Assembly: GCA_965237675.1 (NCBI GenBank)
Contig: OZ250150.1
Coordinates: 3,424,001-3,488,000 of the forward strand
Direction: 5' to 3'
DNA from: Candidatus Latescibacterota bacterium
Lineage (GTDB): Bacteria > Latescibacterota > UBA2968 > GCA-2709665
Length of the DNA: 64,000 nt
The position numbers and the translations under genes are program-made. A model generated the notes under the pieces. That model saw only the letters and a list, made by a program, of their open reading frames with translations, did not search any database and was not told the origin of the DNA. Of this stretch, positions 17,295 to 27,111 are shown one piece after another. Positions within the stretch are counted from its first letter, which is position 1. Every line of letters begins with the position of its first letter.

Positions 17295-18326
17295 TCAACA
17301 CGAAGTGGATTTCGCCCACCCGATCTCGGCGCCGGCCGGATCGGGATCATCTCCAGACGCCTCAACAGAGAAAACCTGTTCGATGACTTCCTCGATGGGC
17401 GGGTCTTCAACGGTCAGGTCCAGCACCGGCAAATCGCCTAGAATTCTCGCCGTCACCTGCGGGGTGGCCTCTTTAGGCACACGAAGAGAGTAACGCAGCC
17501 CGGCTGCCTCTACGCCTTCTCCATATGGCGAGAGGTCCACGTTCTCTGTCTCCAGTTCGACCACAACGGTCTTGTGGGGGGAGAATCGGGCGACGAGGTC
17601 GGAAAGCGCACCGTCGAAAAGGATCTTACCGTGGTGGATGATGACGACACGCTTACACAGGGCTTCGACGTCGGCCATGTAGTGGCTCGTGAGCAGCACC
17701 GTCGCGCCGTGCGCCCGGTTGTACTCCTCAATGAAAGTACGAATGCGGCGCTGCATGGTGACGTCGAGACCGATTGTGGGTTCGTCGAGGAACAGTACCC
17801 TTGGACGATGCAGCAGGGCGGCCGCGATCTCGCACTTCATCCGCTCCCCGAGCGAGAGGTTTCTGACCGGTTTTGGGAGAAGCGATTCCAATTCGAGCAA
17901 ATCCGTCAGCTCATCGAGTGTCTTCCTGTAGTCACTGTGCGAAATCCGATAGACCGCGCGGTTACGTTCAAGAGAGTCGATCATCGGGATATCCCAGATC
18001 AGCTGGTTGCGCTGTCCCATAACGAGCGTAATCTGCCCAAGGAAAGCCTTTTCGCGCCTGTGGGGGATATGACCCAGTACTTCGGCCGTCCCGTCTGTGG
18101 GATAGAGCAACCCCGATAGCATCTTGAGCGTCGTGGTTTTTCCCGCCCCATTGGGACCGAGAAAGCCCACGATTTCACCGGGATCGACGTTGAAGGAAAT
18201 GGTTTCCACGGCCTTGACCAAACGTGTTTTCCGTTTGACCAGGCTCTTGAGCGCTGCGCCCAGGCCCGCCTCGCGCTCAGGTACTATATAGAACTTGGAA
18301 AGATCTCTAACCGTGATGACGCTCAT
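17295..18326 (-). CDS. ABC transporter ATP-binding subunit
   Basis: GPNGAGKT, LSLGERMK, LFLDEPTIGLD, TSHYM. Confidence 0.92.
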   Translation of the reverse strand: MSVITVRDLSKFYIVPEREAGLGAALKSLVKRKTRLVKAVETISFNVDPGEIVGFLGPNGAGKTTTLKMLSGLLYPTDGTAEVLGHIPHRREKAFLGQITLVMGQRNQLIWDIPMIDSLERNRAVYRISHSDYRKTLDELTDLLELESLLPKPVRNLSLGERMKCEIAAALLHRPRVLFLDEPTIGLDVTMQRRIRTFIEEYNRAHGATVLLTSHYMADVEALCKRVVIIHHGKILFDGALSDLVARFSPHKTVVVELETENVDLSPYGEGVEAAGLRYSLRVPKEATPQVTARILGDLPVLDLTVEDPPIEEVIEQVFSVEASGDDPDPAGAEIGWAKSTSC

Positions 18327-18532
18327 GTGAGCCTGGATGCCGTTGCCGGCGGTGTTGCCTGAACTTGAACGTGAAAAGTGCGTATTCAACCGGTTTGGAA
18401 GAACCCCCTGATTGGCGATGCCCGATCCCGGTCATTCATTGGATGCACAACGAGCCGCCGGTTTTCTGAATGCGGCGGCCCTTGACCACGACAAGCGGAA
18501 GAACTATGCCATACAAAATGCAACCTCGGCAC

Positions 18533-19765
18533 TCATATCTGAACCCTGTCCTGTATCACCTGCCAGTCGGATTCCGTCATGTCGCTGTAATGCCAGTAAA
18601 TGAGGGTGGTCAGGCCGCCATTCTCAACGGTTTGCAGCATGTGTTCCAGTTCGCGACTGTCCATGCGGACACCACCGTGATGCAGCCCCATCCAGGGCCG
18701 GATGCGTGAGACGTCGCCGAGGCGTTCCCTCATTTTGGTAATTTCGCTCAGGGCCACCTGCTCGAAGAACTCGGCGGGCAACGGGGCGTCCAGGTCGGCG
18801 AGGCAACTGACCCCTGGTACCCACAGGGCGAAGAGCTCTCGGACGCGGTCGAGCGCTTCGGATTCGGACATTCCCGGGTTCCACGCGCACAGGGTTTCCG
18901 CCCAGCGGTACAGGGTGCCCTTCAGGCCATCGATCCCGTGCTGCCAGAAATAGAGTTTCGGGCACTGGAAGTCGACGATTTCCGCAAGGCGTCCGAAGTT
19001 GTATCCTGTAAGCGGCGCAAAGGCAGGCAGGCGGGGGCCGCAGGCCACCTTTCGCGGCGGCTTGAGCGACCGGGCGGTGTCGGCAAATGCGCCGATGTAG
19101 TTTTCGATGCTGTCGGTCTTGAAACGGAACCAGTCGAACAGACCGGGGTTCGAGATCAGCGCGTCGAGGCCGTCGATCAGCCCGCGTTCGCGGCGGCCCG
19201 GAGGCAGGCTCCGCATATTCTTCAAACTGTTCTCAAGGCGCCCCTGGGCTTTCCAGAGGGCATCGAAGTCGTAACCCCACTCTTTCGCTCGTGCACGGCA
19301 GCAGTCGCAGTCGCACCGGAACAGTTTGCTCCGACGGTCGAGTGAGATTTCGTACCCCCACTCGGGTCCGTCCAGGATGAATCCGTCTACCCCGGGGAAA
19401 CTGCGAACGACGTCTCGCGTTCGCGCAGGGCCGTACCTGAGCTTTTCCGGATTGTTGATGCAGCCCGGTGCGGCTTGAAGCCAATCGTGCAGATAAACGC
19501 CGAAGTTCCGGTCTTTCGCCTTTTCAACGGCACGTTGCAGTGTTTCGAACCTGGGGATGTCTACCGGCGACATTTCCGGCGGACGGGTCTCACATCCCGT
19601 ATAGAGTTCCGGCGTTGGCGGATACGCGGGCGACGTCCCGAATCTCAGGTCGCCCAGCACGATCGTGTCGATGCCCACCCCTTCCAGGCGGTCCAGGATA
19701 CTGTCGGCGCCTTCTTCTTCGAAGGCGTCGATGAGGCCGATAAACATCCATATATCGAGTGGCAT
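18533..19765 (-). CDS. Hypothetical protein, possible glycoside-hydrolase-like TIM barrel
   Basis: Long ORF with alternating beta/alpha pattern, VDGFILDGPE followed by CDCDCC, WFRFK. Confidence 0.55.
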   Translation of the reverse strand: MPLDIWMFIGLIDAFEEEGADSILDRLEGVGIDTIVLGDLRFGTSPAYPPTPELYTGCETRPPEMSPVDIPRFETLQRAVEKAKDRNFGVYLHDWLQAAPGCINNPEKLRYGPARTRDVVRSFPGVDGFILDGPEWGYEISLDRRSKLFRCDCDCCRARAKEWGYDFDALWKAQGRLENSLKNMRSLPPGRRERGLIDGLDALISNPGLFDWFRFKTDSIENYIGAFADTARSLKPPRKVACGPRLPAFAPLTGYNFGRLAEIVDFQCPKLYFWQHGIDGLKGTLYRWAETLCAWNPGMSESEALDRVRELFALWVPGVSCLADLDAPLPAEFFEQVALSEITKMRERLGDVSRIRPWMGLHHGGVRMDSRELEHMLQTVENGGLTTLIYWHYSDMTESDWQVIQDRVQI

Positions 19766-19778
19766 GGCAGGTCCATAC

Positions 19779-19810
19779 AAAAGGGAGGGCGGGTATGAAA
19801 CCCCGCCCCC
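19779..19810 (-). terminator. Possible terminator after nadA
   Basis: GGGCGGG/CCCGCCC stem followed by TCCCTTTT on the minus strand. Confidence 0.4.
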
Positions 19811-19832
19811 GCGGCATACGTTATCTGTGAAT

Positions 19833-20882
19833 TCAACCTATTTCCAACATCCGATCCACCGCGCGTTTGGCTCGAATGCGGATTTGCTCGGGTACCTCGA
19901 TGATCTGCTCGTTGTTTTTCAGGGCATTCAGCGTGTCTTCGAGGGTGATTTCGTTCATGTGCGGACACCGGATGCTGCAAAGCCGAACCATTTCCTTGTC
20001 CGGGTTGTCTGCCATGATATTGTCACCCATGCTGCATTCCGTGAGGAGCAGATAGCTGGAGGCTTCAGTCTCTTGCACATAAGCGCTCATCTTGGACGTG
20101 CTGCTGGAGAAGTCGGAAGCCGCCACAACTTCGGGGCTGCACTCCGGATGGGCGAGAACGAGCACGCCCGGGAATTGCTCGCGCACATCGGTGACGTCGC
20201 CGACGGTGAATTTCTCGTGCACTTCGCACCGGCCGTGCCAACCGATCATCTCGTATTCCAGCTCTGTTCCGGGCAGTTCGGGTTCCTCCCTTGTGGGGAA
20301 AATGATCCGCTTGCCGGTTTCCTGGGCCACGTTGGCCGCCAGGTATTCGTCGGGAAGAAAGATGACGGTATCGCAACCGAGCGATTCCACGACCCTTGCG
20401 GCGTTGCTGGATGTGCAGCAGACGTCGCATTCCGCTTTCACGTCTGCATAGGTGTTTATATACGTGACGATAGGGATACCCGGGTAATCCTCCCGCAGTT
20501 TGCGGACGTCCTCGGCAGAGATGCTTGCCGCCAGGGAGCACCCGGCAATCCGTGCCGGCAACAGAACGGTCTTGTCCGGGTTGAGGATCTTCGCGGTTTC
20601 CGCCATAAAACGCACGCCGCAGAATACGATGGGGTCGCAATCGGTTTCGGCGGCTTTACGGCTGAGTTCAAGCGAATCGCCCACCACGTCTGGCACGGTA
20701 TGGAAGAGCGCCGGCTCCATGTAGTTGTGACCCAGGATGATGGCGCCGCGCTCTTCCTTCAGGCGGTTGATTTCGTAAACCAGTTCGGCTTTATATAGAA
20801 GCTCGATTTCCGGCACGATACCGCTGAGTTTGCGCGCCATCTGTTCGTACGTTTCGTGGAGCGTATTTTCCAGAATTGCCAT
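19833..20882 (-). CDS. nadA: Quinolinate synthase A
   Basis: ILGHNYM, GDSLELS, FCGVRFMAETAK, AGCSLA, YINT, C.VH, AHPEC, CPHM. Confidence 0.96.
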   Translation of the reverse strand: MAILENTLHETYEQMARKLSGIVPEIELLYKAELVYEINRLKEERGAIILGHNYMEPALFHTVPDVVGDSLELSRKAAETDCDPIVFCGVRFMAETAKILNPDKTVLLPARIAGCSLAASISAEDVRKLREDYPGIPIVTYINTYADVKAECDVCCTSSNAARVVESLGCDTVIFLPDEYLAANVAQETGKRIIFPTREEPELPGTELEYEMIGWHGRCEVHEKFTVGDVTDVREQFPGVLVLAHPECSPEVVAASDFSSSTSKMSAYVQETEASSYLLLTECSMGDNIMADNPDKEMVRLCSIRCPHMNEITLEDTLNALKNNEQIIEVPEQIRIRAKRAVDRMLEIG

Positions 20883-20960
20883 GACGTAGATCCCCGTGCC
20901 CGTTCAATGCGGGTTTGTTATCGCTAAAGATAACCAAAATTTTTTTATCGGCAAGGGATA

Positions 20961-21650
20961 GATGCGGTCAAAAAGCTCGGATGGACGGATCCTATCGGCA
21001 AGGAGTTTGAGTGGCGCGGCCGACGAAAAGGCCGGGTGATCGGTGTTGTCAGGGATTTTCATTCCCAGTCGTCGCATCACCGCGTAGGTCCGGTGGTTAT
21101 GTTTCATTGGATTCATCTGATCCTTTCGTTGCGGATTACCCCGGTCGGAATTCCGGAGACATTGGCTTTTTTGGAGCAGACATGGAAGACGGTCATCCCG
21201 CACCTGCCGTTTGATTTCTATTTTGTGGATGAACGGGTCCAGGGAAGTTATCGGTCGGAGATCCATCTGACCCGGACGGTTGGAATTTTCGCATTGCTTG
21301 CCGTTTTTGTGGCCTCTCCAGGTCTGTACGGATTGGCAGCGTTCACGACTGAGCAAAGAACCAAAGAAATCGGCGTCCGGAAGTCATTGGGGGCATCCGT
21401 TTTCCGTATTGTCGGGATGCTGTCGAGGGAGTTTTTGACACTGGTGGCGATCGCCAACCTGCTGGCCTGGCCGATGATCTACTGGGCGATGGATGCGTGG
21501 CTGAGGGCGTTTCCCTATCGGGTCGATCTGGGTATCGGTGTTTTTGTTCTGAGCGGTCTGTTCGCATTCGTGATTGCGCTGGAGACGGTGAGCTATCACG
21601 CATCCAGGGCGGCCCGGATAAATCCGGTGGATGCGTTGCGGTATGAATAG
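20961..21650 (+). pseudogene. C-terminal fragment of a MacB/FtsX-type ABC permease
   Basis: Homology begins mid-domain (DAVKKLGW.DPIGK, IGVVRDFH); EQRTKEIGVRKSLGAS and NPVDALRYE present; in-frame TAA at 20931 and no N-terminal part. Confidence 0.8.
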
Positions 21651-21751
21651 CGAGGAGGGATTTCTCAGTCGGCCGTCGATTCGTCTGCGTACAGGTTCCT
21701 CGCGCCCGGCGTCTGTCGACCCGGCCGGCGGACCCCCGGTGCCGGTTCGGT

Positions 21752-22810
21752 CTAGGCCCTCAGATCTTCCTGCCGCGAACGCTTGAGGAGTTCCGCTTCC
21801 GCCGCCTGCCTGTCCGCGTCGGCCTTGAGTGGAGTAACGGTGACTCCGGGCGCCGGCCGCGGGGAAAGGATCCGGCTGGCGCCGGCATTTCGGAGCGCCC
21901 GTACAACCGGTTCGGGCTCCGGCGCCAGTGCGATGATCGTCCCGCCGCCGCCTGCCCCGGCAAGCTTGGCCCCCAGAGCCCCGGCTTTCAGCGCCGTCCG
22001 AATGAGGCGTTCGTTTTGCGGCCCTGAACCGCCCAGGTCCCTCTGGATTTCGTGATTCTCGACCATCAGTTCACCCAGGGTCTCCCAGTCCCTAGCCAGG
22101 AGGGCGCGCTTACCCATCCTCGCGAGGTGGGCAATGCGAAGGTAGCTGCGCACGACTTCCCGGTCGCCCTCCAGCCACCGTTCCCGAATCGGCCGGTGCA
22201 CGAAGGCGGAGTTGCGTTTCACACCCGTGTGGGCCAGGATAAAGGGGAATTCGTCCACGTATGGCGCAAGCGGCTCCACGGTGGCGTAGGGTTCGTCAGC
22301 GAGCGCGCGGTAAAATTGCTTCTCGCGGAAATCCAGGTAGTTCAGCCCTCCGATCGTGCACATATAGGCGTCCTGATAGCCGCACAGAACCAGATAGTGC
22401 AATTCGATGTGGCGGGCCATTTCAGCACGGTGGAACATGTGGACAGACCTGCCCATGTAGGCCAGAATGGCGTTGAGAATGGATACGATCAGAGCGGATG
22501 AACTGGAAAGACCCGCACGGAAGGGGATATCGCATGCCCAGCGTAGGGAGAATAGCGCCCTCTTCAGGTTGAGGAAGTCGACCACGGCTATTGCGACGTC
22601 GAAATAGCCGCCGTCCGGTTTCAGGTCTTCCGCGGCGCGAATCACACGGCGGTAGCCTGCGACTTCGAAGCTGAGCTCTTCGGCGGGTTCGATCAGTACG
22701 ACCGCCCGTTCCAGCGTGGAACAGGAGATGACGCTGCCGCCGTACATGTCGGTGGGATTGCCGATAATGCCAGCTCTGCCCGGTGCCGTGCTCATGTAGG
22801 CCCCCGGCAT
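21752..22810 (-). CDS. GHMP-family sugar kinase, glucuronokinase-like
   Basis: PGRAGIIGNPTD, IPFRAGLSSSSA, GYQD, GAKLAGAGGGG. Confidence 0.8.
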   Translation of the reverse strand: MPGAYMSTAPGRAGIIGNPTDMYGGSVISCSTLERAVVLIEPAEELSFEVAGYRRVIRAAEDLKPDGGYFDVAIAVVDFLNLKRALFSLRWACDIPFRAGLSSSSALIVSILNAILAYMGRSVHMFHRAEMARHIELHYLVLCGYQDAYMCTIGGLNYLDFREKQFYRALADEPYATVEPLAPYVDEFPFILAHTGVKRNSAFVHRPIRERWLEGDREVVRSYLRIAHLARMGKRALLARDWETLGELMVENHEIQRDLGGSGPQNERLIRTALKAGALGAKLAGAGGGGTIIALAPEPEPVVRALRNAGASRILSPRPAPGVTVTPLKADADRQAAEAELLKRSRQEDLRA

Positions 22811-22812
22811 AC

Positions 22813-23718
22813 TCAGAATTCCCTCAACTGTTTCTGAAGGTGCTGGCGGATGAGGTAACCGTGGCGTTGGTCCGAGATGGCGAAGTCTATGAAGGCCTTG
22901 AAGTAGGATACGGGGTCGCCGATGCCATATCGAAGTTCTTCTTTCTTTAACCGGACGCAGCGTACCTTGCGGCCCATTTTGATGAGCGTCGCAATCGCGT
23001 CGGTCAACTCGAGTTTGCCGCTGGGACCGGGAAGGGTGTGCCGGATCGCTTCGAAGATCTCGGGATGAAACACATATCGGGCGGCGACTGCAAGGCGACT
23101 CGGCGCGTCTGCGATAGCTGGTTTTTCCACAATGCTCTCGATCTCAAAGTCCATCCGGGCTCGGCCCAGGGGCTTGACGATGCCGTAATTCGACACATCG
23201 GAGGGATCGACCTCCACGACAGCGATCGTGCAGCGAGAATCGTGCTGGAAGTGGGACCTGATCATCCTTCGGACGAGCCCCGCGTGGTTCCCGGACTTGA
23301 CGATTGTGTCCCCAAGCGCGACAACAAAGGGATCGTTTCCGACGAAGTCCTCGGCTCCGCCGATCGCGTCTCCGATTCCACGCGGTGTGTGCCGCCCTTG
23401 GGGAATGAGCTGGCGGGTGAAAAAAAACCTCACCGACTTCCGCCCATAATCCACCTCTTCCAGCAGTTCCCGGTTATCGCTTTCCGATAGGCGATTCAAC
23501 AGTTCAGCGTCGCGATCGAAGTGATCTTCGACAGACCGTTTGTCGCGCCCCGTAATGAACAGGAATTTCGCCAGGCCCTGGTCCACCATTTCTTCCACGA
23601 CGTATTGGACCACGGGTTTGCACGCGACAGGGAGCATCTCCTTCGGTTGCGATTTGGTGGCCGGCAGGAGCCCGGTGCCCATACCGGCTAACGGGATCAC
23701 GACCTTCTCGATTTCCAT
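22813..23718 (-). CDS. UTP-sugar-1-phosphate uridylyltransferase-like protein (GalU/GalF family)
   Basis: VIPLAGMGTGLLPATKSQPKEMLPV, IVEKP, ELTDAI; start at 23718 with GGAG upstream. Confidence 0.85.
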   Translation of the reverse strand: MEIEKVVIPLAGMGTGLLPATKSQPKEMLPVACKPVVQYVVEEMVDQGLAKFLFITGRDKRSVEDHFDRDAELLNRLSESDNRELLEEVDYGRKSVRFFFTRQLIPQGRHTPRGIGDAIGGAEDFVGNDPFVVALGDTIVKSGNHAGLVRRMIRSHFQHDSRCTIAVVEVDPSDVSNYGIVKPLGRARMDFEIESIVEKPAIADAPSRLAVAARYVFHPEIFEAIRHTLPGPSGKLELTDAIATLIKMGRKVRCVRLKKEELRYGIGDPVSYFKAFIDFAISDQRHGYLIRQHLQKQLREF

Positions 23719-23960
23719 AAGACGGAACTCCTTGAAGATTCTGCTATCGGTTATCCGGCCGAACTTGCCACCGGAATCGAGAACCTGCTTCACGGCAGCC
23801 CAACACGGGATTGGCCGCTGGGGTTTCCACCTCGGACCGTCTGAACAGGCGTTTCGGGGATGGGTTCGTTTCGAACGGGATTCCCGCCGAGCGGCTGCGG
23901 ATATCGGGGGCAATTTCGCGCGTGCTGCTTGAACAGGATCCAAGTAGGAAGAAGAGAATA

Positions 23961-23994
23961 TAAAATCAGGGCGTGCCTGCTGCAGCACACCCTG
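23961..23994 (-). terminator. Possible terminator downstream of trxA
   Basis: CAGGGTGTGC/GCACGCCCTG stem followed by ATTTTATATTCT; could instead overlap a promoter for the galU-like gene. Confidence 0.4.
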
Positions 23995-24184
23995 TATTCG
24001 ATGCGATGGTCACGGTTTTCACTGCGGCCGTTGAACCCGCACACGCCGACGTGTCTCCAAAATCGAGTTCGTTCGGCTCGCGTCGACGGCAACCGGTCGT
24101 GTTCGCTACGCGTACCCGGAAAGGGCTCGCCCCGATCCCTGTACGGAGTCGGGTCAGGGCGTTTCCGGACGGGTGGCCGTACGT

Positions 24185-24508
24185 TTACAACACGGCCTCG
24201 AGTTTCTCAACCAGCTGTTTTTTGGGGACCGCGCCGACAATCTGATCGGCCAATTCGCCGTTTTTGAATATGAGCAAGGTTGGAATACTGCGGATTCCAA
24301 AGTCGGAAGCGATCTTCTGTTCGGAATCCACGTCGACTTTGCAAACTTTGACCCGGCCCTCGTACTCTACGGCCAGTTCGTCCACAATTGGCGCAACCAT
24401 GCGGCAGGGCCCGCACCAGACAGCCCAGAAATCCACGAGCACCGGAATGGCGGACTCGACCACTTCAGACTGAAAGCTATCGTCGGTAATGGTTATTGCA
24501 TTTGCCAA
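24185..24508 (-). CDS. trxA: Thioredoxin
   Basis: [22 protein letters not shown]; probable TTG start at 24508. Confidence 0.95.
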   Translation of the reverse strand: MANAITITDDSFQSEVVESAIPVLVDFWAVWCGPCRMVAPIVDELAVEYEGRVKVCKVDVDSEQKIASDFGIRSIPTLLIFKNGELADQIVGAVPKKQLVEKLEAVL

Positions 24509-24667
24509 CGCTCGCACCGCCTTTCTCTAATGGTTGTATGGAACACTTATCAGATGCCGGCGGTATTCGCCACCGCCACGGATTGTGAAATCTACAATGT
24601 TTGCCCTGGGATGTCAAGATTGAGTAAAATGTGTGGGGCACCCGGAAAGGCCCAACCGAACGCCGGA

Positions 24668-25696
24668 TCAGCCGGCCGGCCGAGAACACATCCGGCAGAT
24701 GAGTTGTGTGAGCGTGGCGGCATGGGTGCGAGAACGGGACTTCAGGAGGTTGTCCGCGTTCAGGAGGGCCTCGTAGGCGTCCCACAGGGCCTGTTCGTCG
24801 AAACGGCCCGCCTGTTCGAGATAGTTGGACAGAAAAAAGGGGGGTACCTTCAGTTTTCGCGCCATTTCCGACCGCGGCAGCCGAAGGTTCCGGAGCCAGC
24901 GGGCTTTACGTAGAATGCCGATGTGCCGGATGAGCATCGCGACAACGGCAACCGGGTTGTCACCCCGTTCGAGAAGGTGGTGCAGAACGGCCAGGGCGTC
25001 ACCGGCTTGCCGCTTTCCCACGGCATCCGTGAGTTCGAAGACGGTTGCGCTGCGCGAAGCGCCTGCCACCTGGATGACGTCGTCTCGCGCAATGGTATCT
25101 CGTCCATCCGTATATGTGGCTAGCTTCTCGAGTTCGCTGACCAGTTCGCACGGATTTGGTCCCACGCTGAGATGAAGCAGGTGCGCCGCGTCGGGTTCAA
25201 TCCGTTTCTCCAGGGCAGCCGCCCGTCTGCGAATCCACTCCGGGAGTTCATTTTCATAGGGTGGTCTGAATTCTACCGCAACGGCCTTTTTTCGCAAGGC
25301 GACGGAGAGCTTTTTGCGGCCGTCCAATTTGTCCGCGGTAAAAATCAGCACGGTGGATTCAACGGGATTTTCAATAAGGGGCATGAGATTGTGCGCCTCG
25401 GTGTCCCGCAGCCGTTCCACGCGTTTGACGACGACAACCCGCCGTGCCGCCATCATCGGAAAGGCGGTTGCCCGGCTGACGGCATCGGCCACATCCATAT
25501 CCTCGCCCCCGAAAGTGTCCAGATTGAACGCCCTTAATGTGGGGTCGACGGCAGCGTCGACAAGGGATTTCAGGCTTTCTTCCTTGCCGACGTTCTCAGA
25601 TCCGTACATCAAATACAGCGGCGCGAATTCGCCCCGTTGAATCTGCGCGGTCAGCTTGTCCCGCGTCGTGCCGGATTTAACGTTGGATTTGGCCAC
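24668..25696 (-). CDS. holA: DNA polymerase III subunit delta
   Basis: PLYLMYG.E, FPMMAARRVVVVK, ELEKL..Y, VFELTDAV, AD.LLK. Confidence 0.92.
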   Translation of the reverse strand: MAKSNVKSGTTRDKLTAQIQRGEFAPLYLMYGSENVGKEESLKSLVDAAVDPTLRAFNLDTFGGEDMDVADAVSRATAFPMMAARRVVVVKRVERLRDTEAHNLMPLIENPVESTVLIFTADKLDGRKKLSVALRKKAVAVEFRPPYENELPEWIRRRAAALEKRIEPDAAHLLHLSVGPNPCELVSELEKLATYTDGRDTIARDDVIQVAGASRSATVFELTDAVGKRQAGDALAVLHHLLERGDNPVAVVAMLIRHIGILRKARWLRNLRLPRSEMARKLKVPPFFLSNYLEQAGRFDEQALWDAYEALLNADNLLKSRSRTHAATLTQLICRMCSRPAG

Positions 25697-25783
25697 GGTC
25701 GTGGTTAATCGAGAAGGTGTGGAAGTCTTGGAAACACGCCCGGCGCCGTTGCCTTGGCGCGTTACACCGGTCGTGAGGGGGCG

Positions 25784-25975
25784 CTAACCGTCCATGTCGC
25801 GAAATTCAGCGTCTCTGATCCGATTCTTGTTGATGTCCCAGGATGACTTCTTGTCGGTTGGACATGACCCGTCTTTTGGGGGGGCGACCCAACGAAGGGC
25901 AGAGCGCAGCACATCCCGAAGAACGCGGTACAAAACACTCAACAACAGACCGAGAAGGACAATGCGCAGCAACAT
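25784..25975 (-). CDS. Small membrane protein
   Basis: N-terminal TM, C-terminal IRDAEFRD; follows purM with RBS GGAG. Confidence 0.6.
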   Translation of the reverse strand: MLLRIVLLGLLLSVLYRVLRDVLRSALRWVAPPKDGSCPTDKKSSWDINKNRIRDAEFRDMDG

Positions 25976-25987
25976 GCTGAACTCCCG

Positions 25988-27031
25988 CTATAGGATTTGA
26001 ACACCGGAATCAGGGTCGTTGACGACTTCCCCGACGATGTAGCCTGTCTCTCTGTTTCGACTCAACTGTTCGATCGCTTCGTCAGCCTGACCGGGAGGGA
26101 CGACAAGCACCAGGCCCAGACCCATGTTGAACACCCGAAACATCTCGTCGGTGCCAATATCGTCGCCGACCTTCCGTAACACGTTGAAAACAGGCAATTC
26201 GGGCCAGGTTCCCCGGAAAATACGTGCGCCCAGCCCATCCGGTAGGGTGCGTGGAAGGTTGTCGATAATACCTCCGCCGGTGATATGGGCCATACCCTTT
26301 ACCGATACGGCCGCTATAAGGGCAAGAACCGTTGAAACGTAACTCGTGTGAGGGGTAAGTAAGGTATCGCCGATTGTGCCGCCGAGTTCGTCTACGTGGG
26401 TGTCGACGGCCCATCCTGCGGTTTCGAAGAAGAGTTTGCGCGCCAGGGCATACCCGTTGGTGTGGAGGCCGCAGGACGGCAGACCGATGAGCTTGTCTCC
26501 CTGTTGCACGCGGGAGCCGTCCAGGATGTCTTCCCGGTCGACAATGCCGACGATCGTACCCGCCAGATCGTATTCGCCGTCGCCGTAGAAATCCGCCATT
26601 TCCGCCATTTCCCCGCCCAGCAGTGCGCATCCGCAGGCTTTGCATCCATTTGCGATTCCCTCAATGACGGCCTCGGCCACGTCGGTGTCGTGCTTTCCCA
26701 TGGCCAGGTAGTCCATAAAAAAGAGGGGGCGCGCGCCCTGTACAAGAATGTCGTTGGCGCAGTGGGCCACCAGATCCGCGCCGACCGTATGGTGGATGCC
26801 CGTCAGAAAAGCGATTTTGAGCTTCGTGCCGACACCATCCGTACCGGCCACCAGTACGGGATCCCGGTACGCCTCCCACGGAGGCGCAAAAAGGCCGCCG
26901 AATCCGCCTATGTCGGTGAGTACTTCCGGGCCGAACGTTGACCGCACCAGGCGTGCGATACCCTTCTTTGTCCGACTGGCGCCGTCAATATCCACGCCTG
27001 CGGCCATGTATGCGTCTGTCATTCCCGTCAT
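25988..27031 (-). CDS. purM: Phosphoribosylformylglycinamidine cyclo-ligase
   Basis: YMAAGVDI, GTDGVGTK, GLHTNGY, AHITGGG, FNMGLG. Confidence 0.97.
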   Translation of the reverse strand: MTGMTDAYMAAGVDIDGASRTKKGIARLVRSTFGPEVLTDIGGFGGLFAPPWEAYRDPVLVAGTDGVGTKLKIAFLTGIHHTVGADLVAHCANDILVQGARPLFFMDYLAMGKHDTDVAEAVIEGIANGCKACGCALLGGEMAEMADFYGDGEYDLAGTIVGIVDREDILDGSRVQQGDKLIGLPSCGLHTNGYALARKLFFETAGWAVDTHVDELGGTIGDTLLTPHTSYVSTVLALIAAVSVKGMAHITGGGIIDNLPRTLPDGLGARIFRGTWPELPVFNVLRKVGDDIGTDEMFRVFNMGLGLVLVVPPGQADEAIEQLSRNRETGYIVGEVVNDPDSGVQIL

Positions 27032-27111
27032 CAGATTGCCTTCGGTATGTCAGTTGTGAGATCCAGGGAACGGGACTATCGATTCACATCAGAGACTGGA
27101 GTATTTTCTAG

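Noticed and set aside
23720-24184. Long intergenic region with hairpins (e.g. ~24115-24170) as RNase P, SRP, 6S or tmRNA
   Set aside because: No diagnostic motif recognised by eye; an Infernal/Rfam scan is needed. The ORF-track N-terminal extension of the galU-like gene to 23988 is also unsupported.
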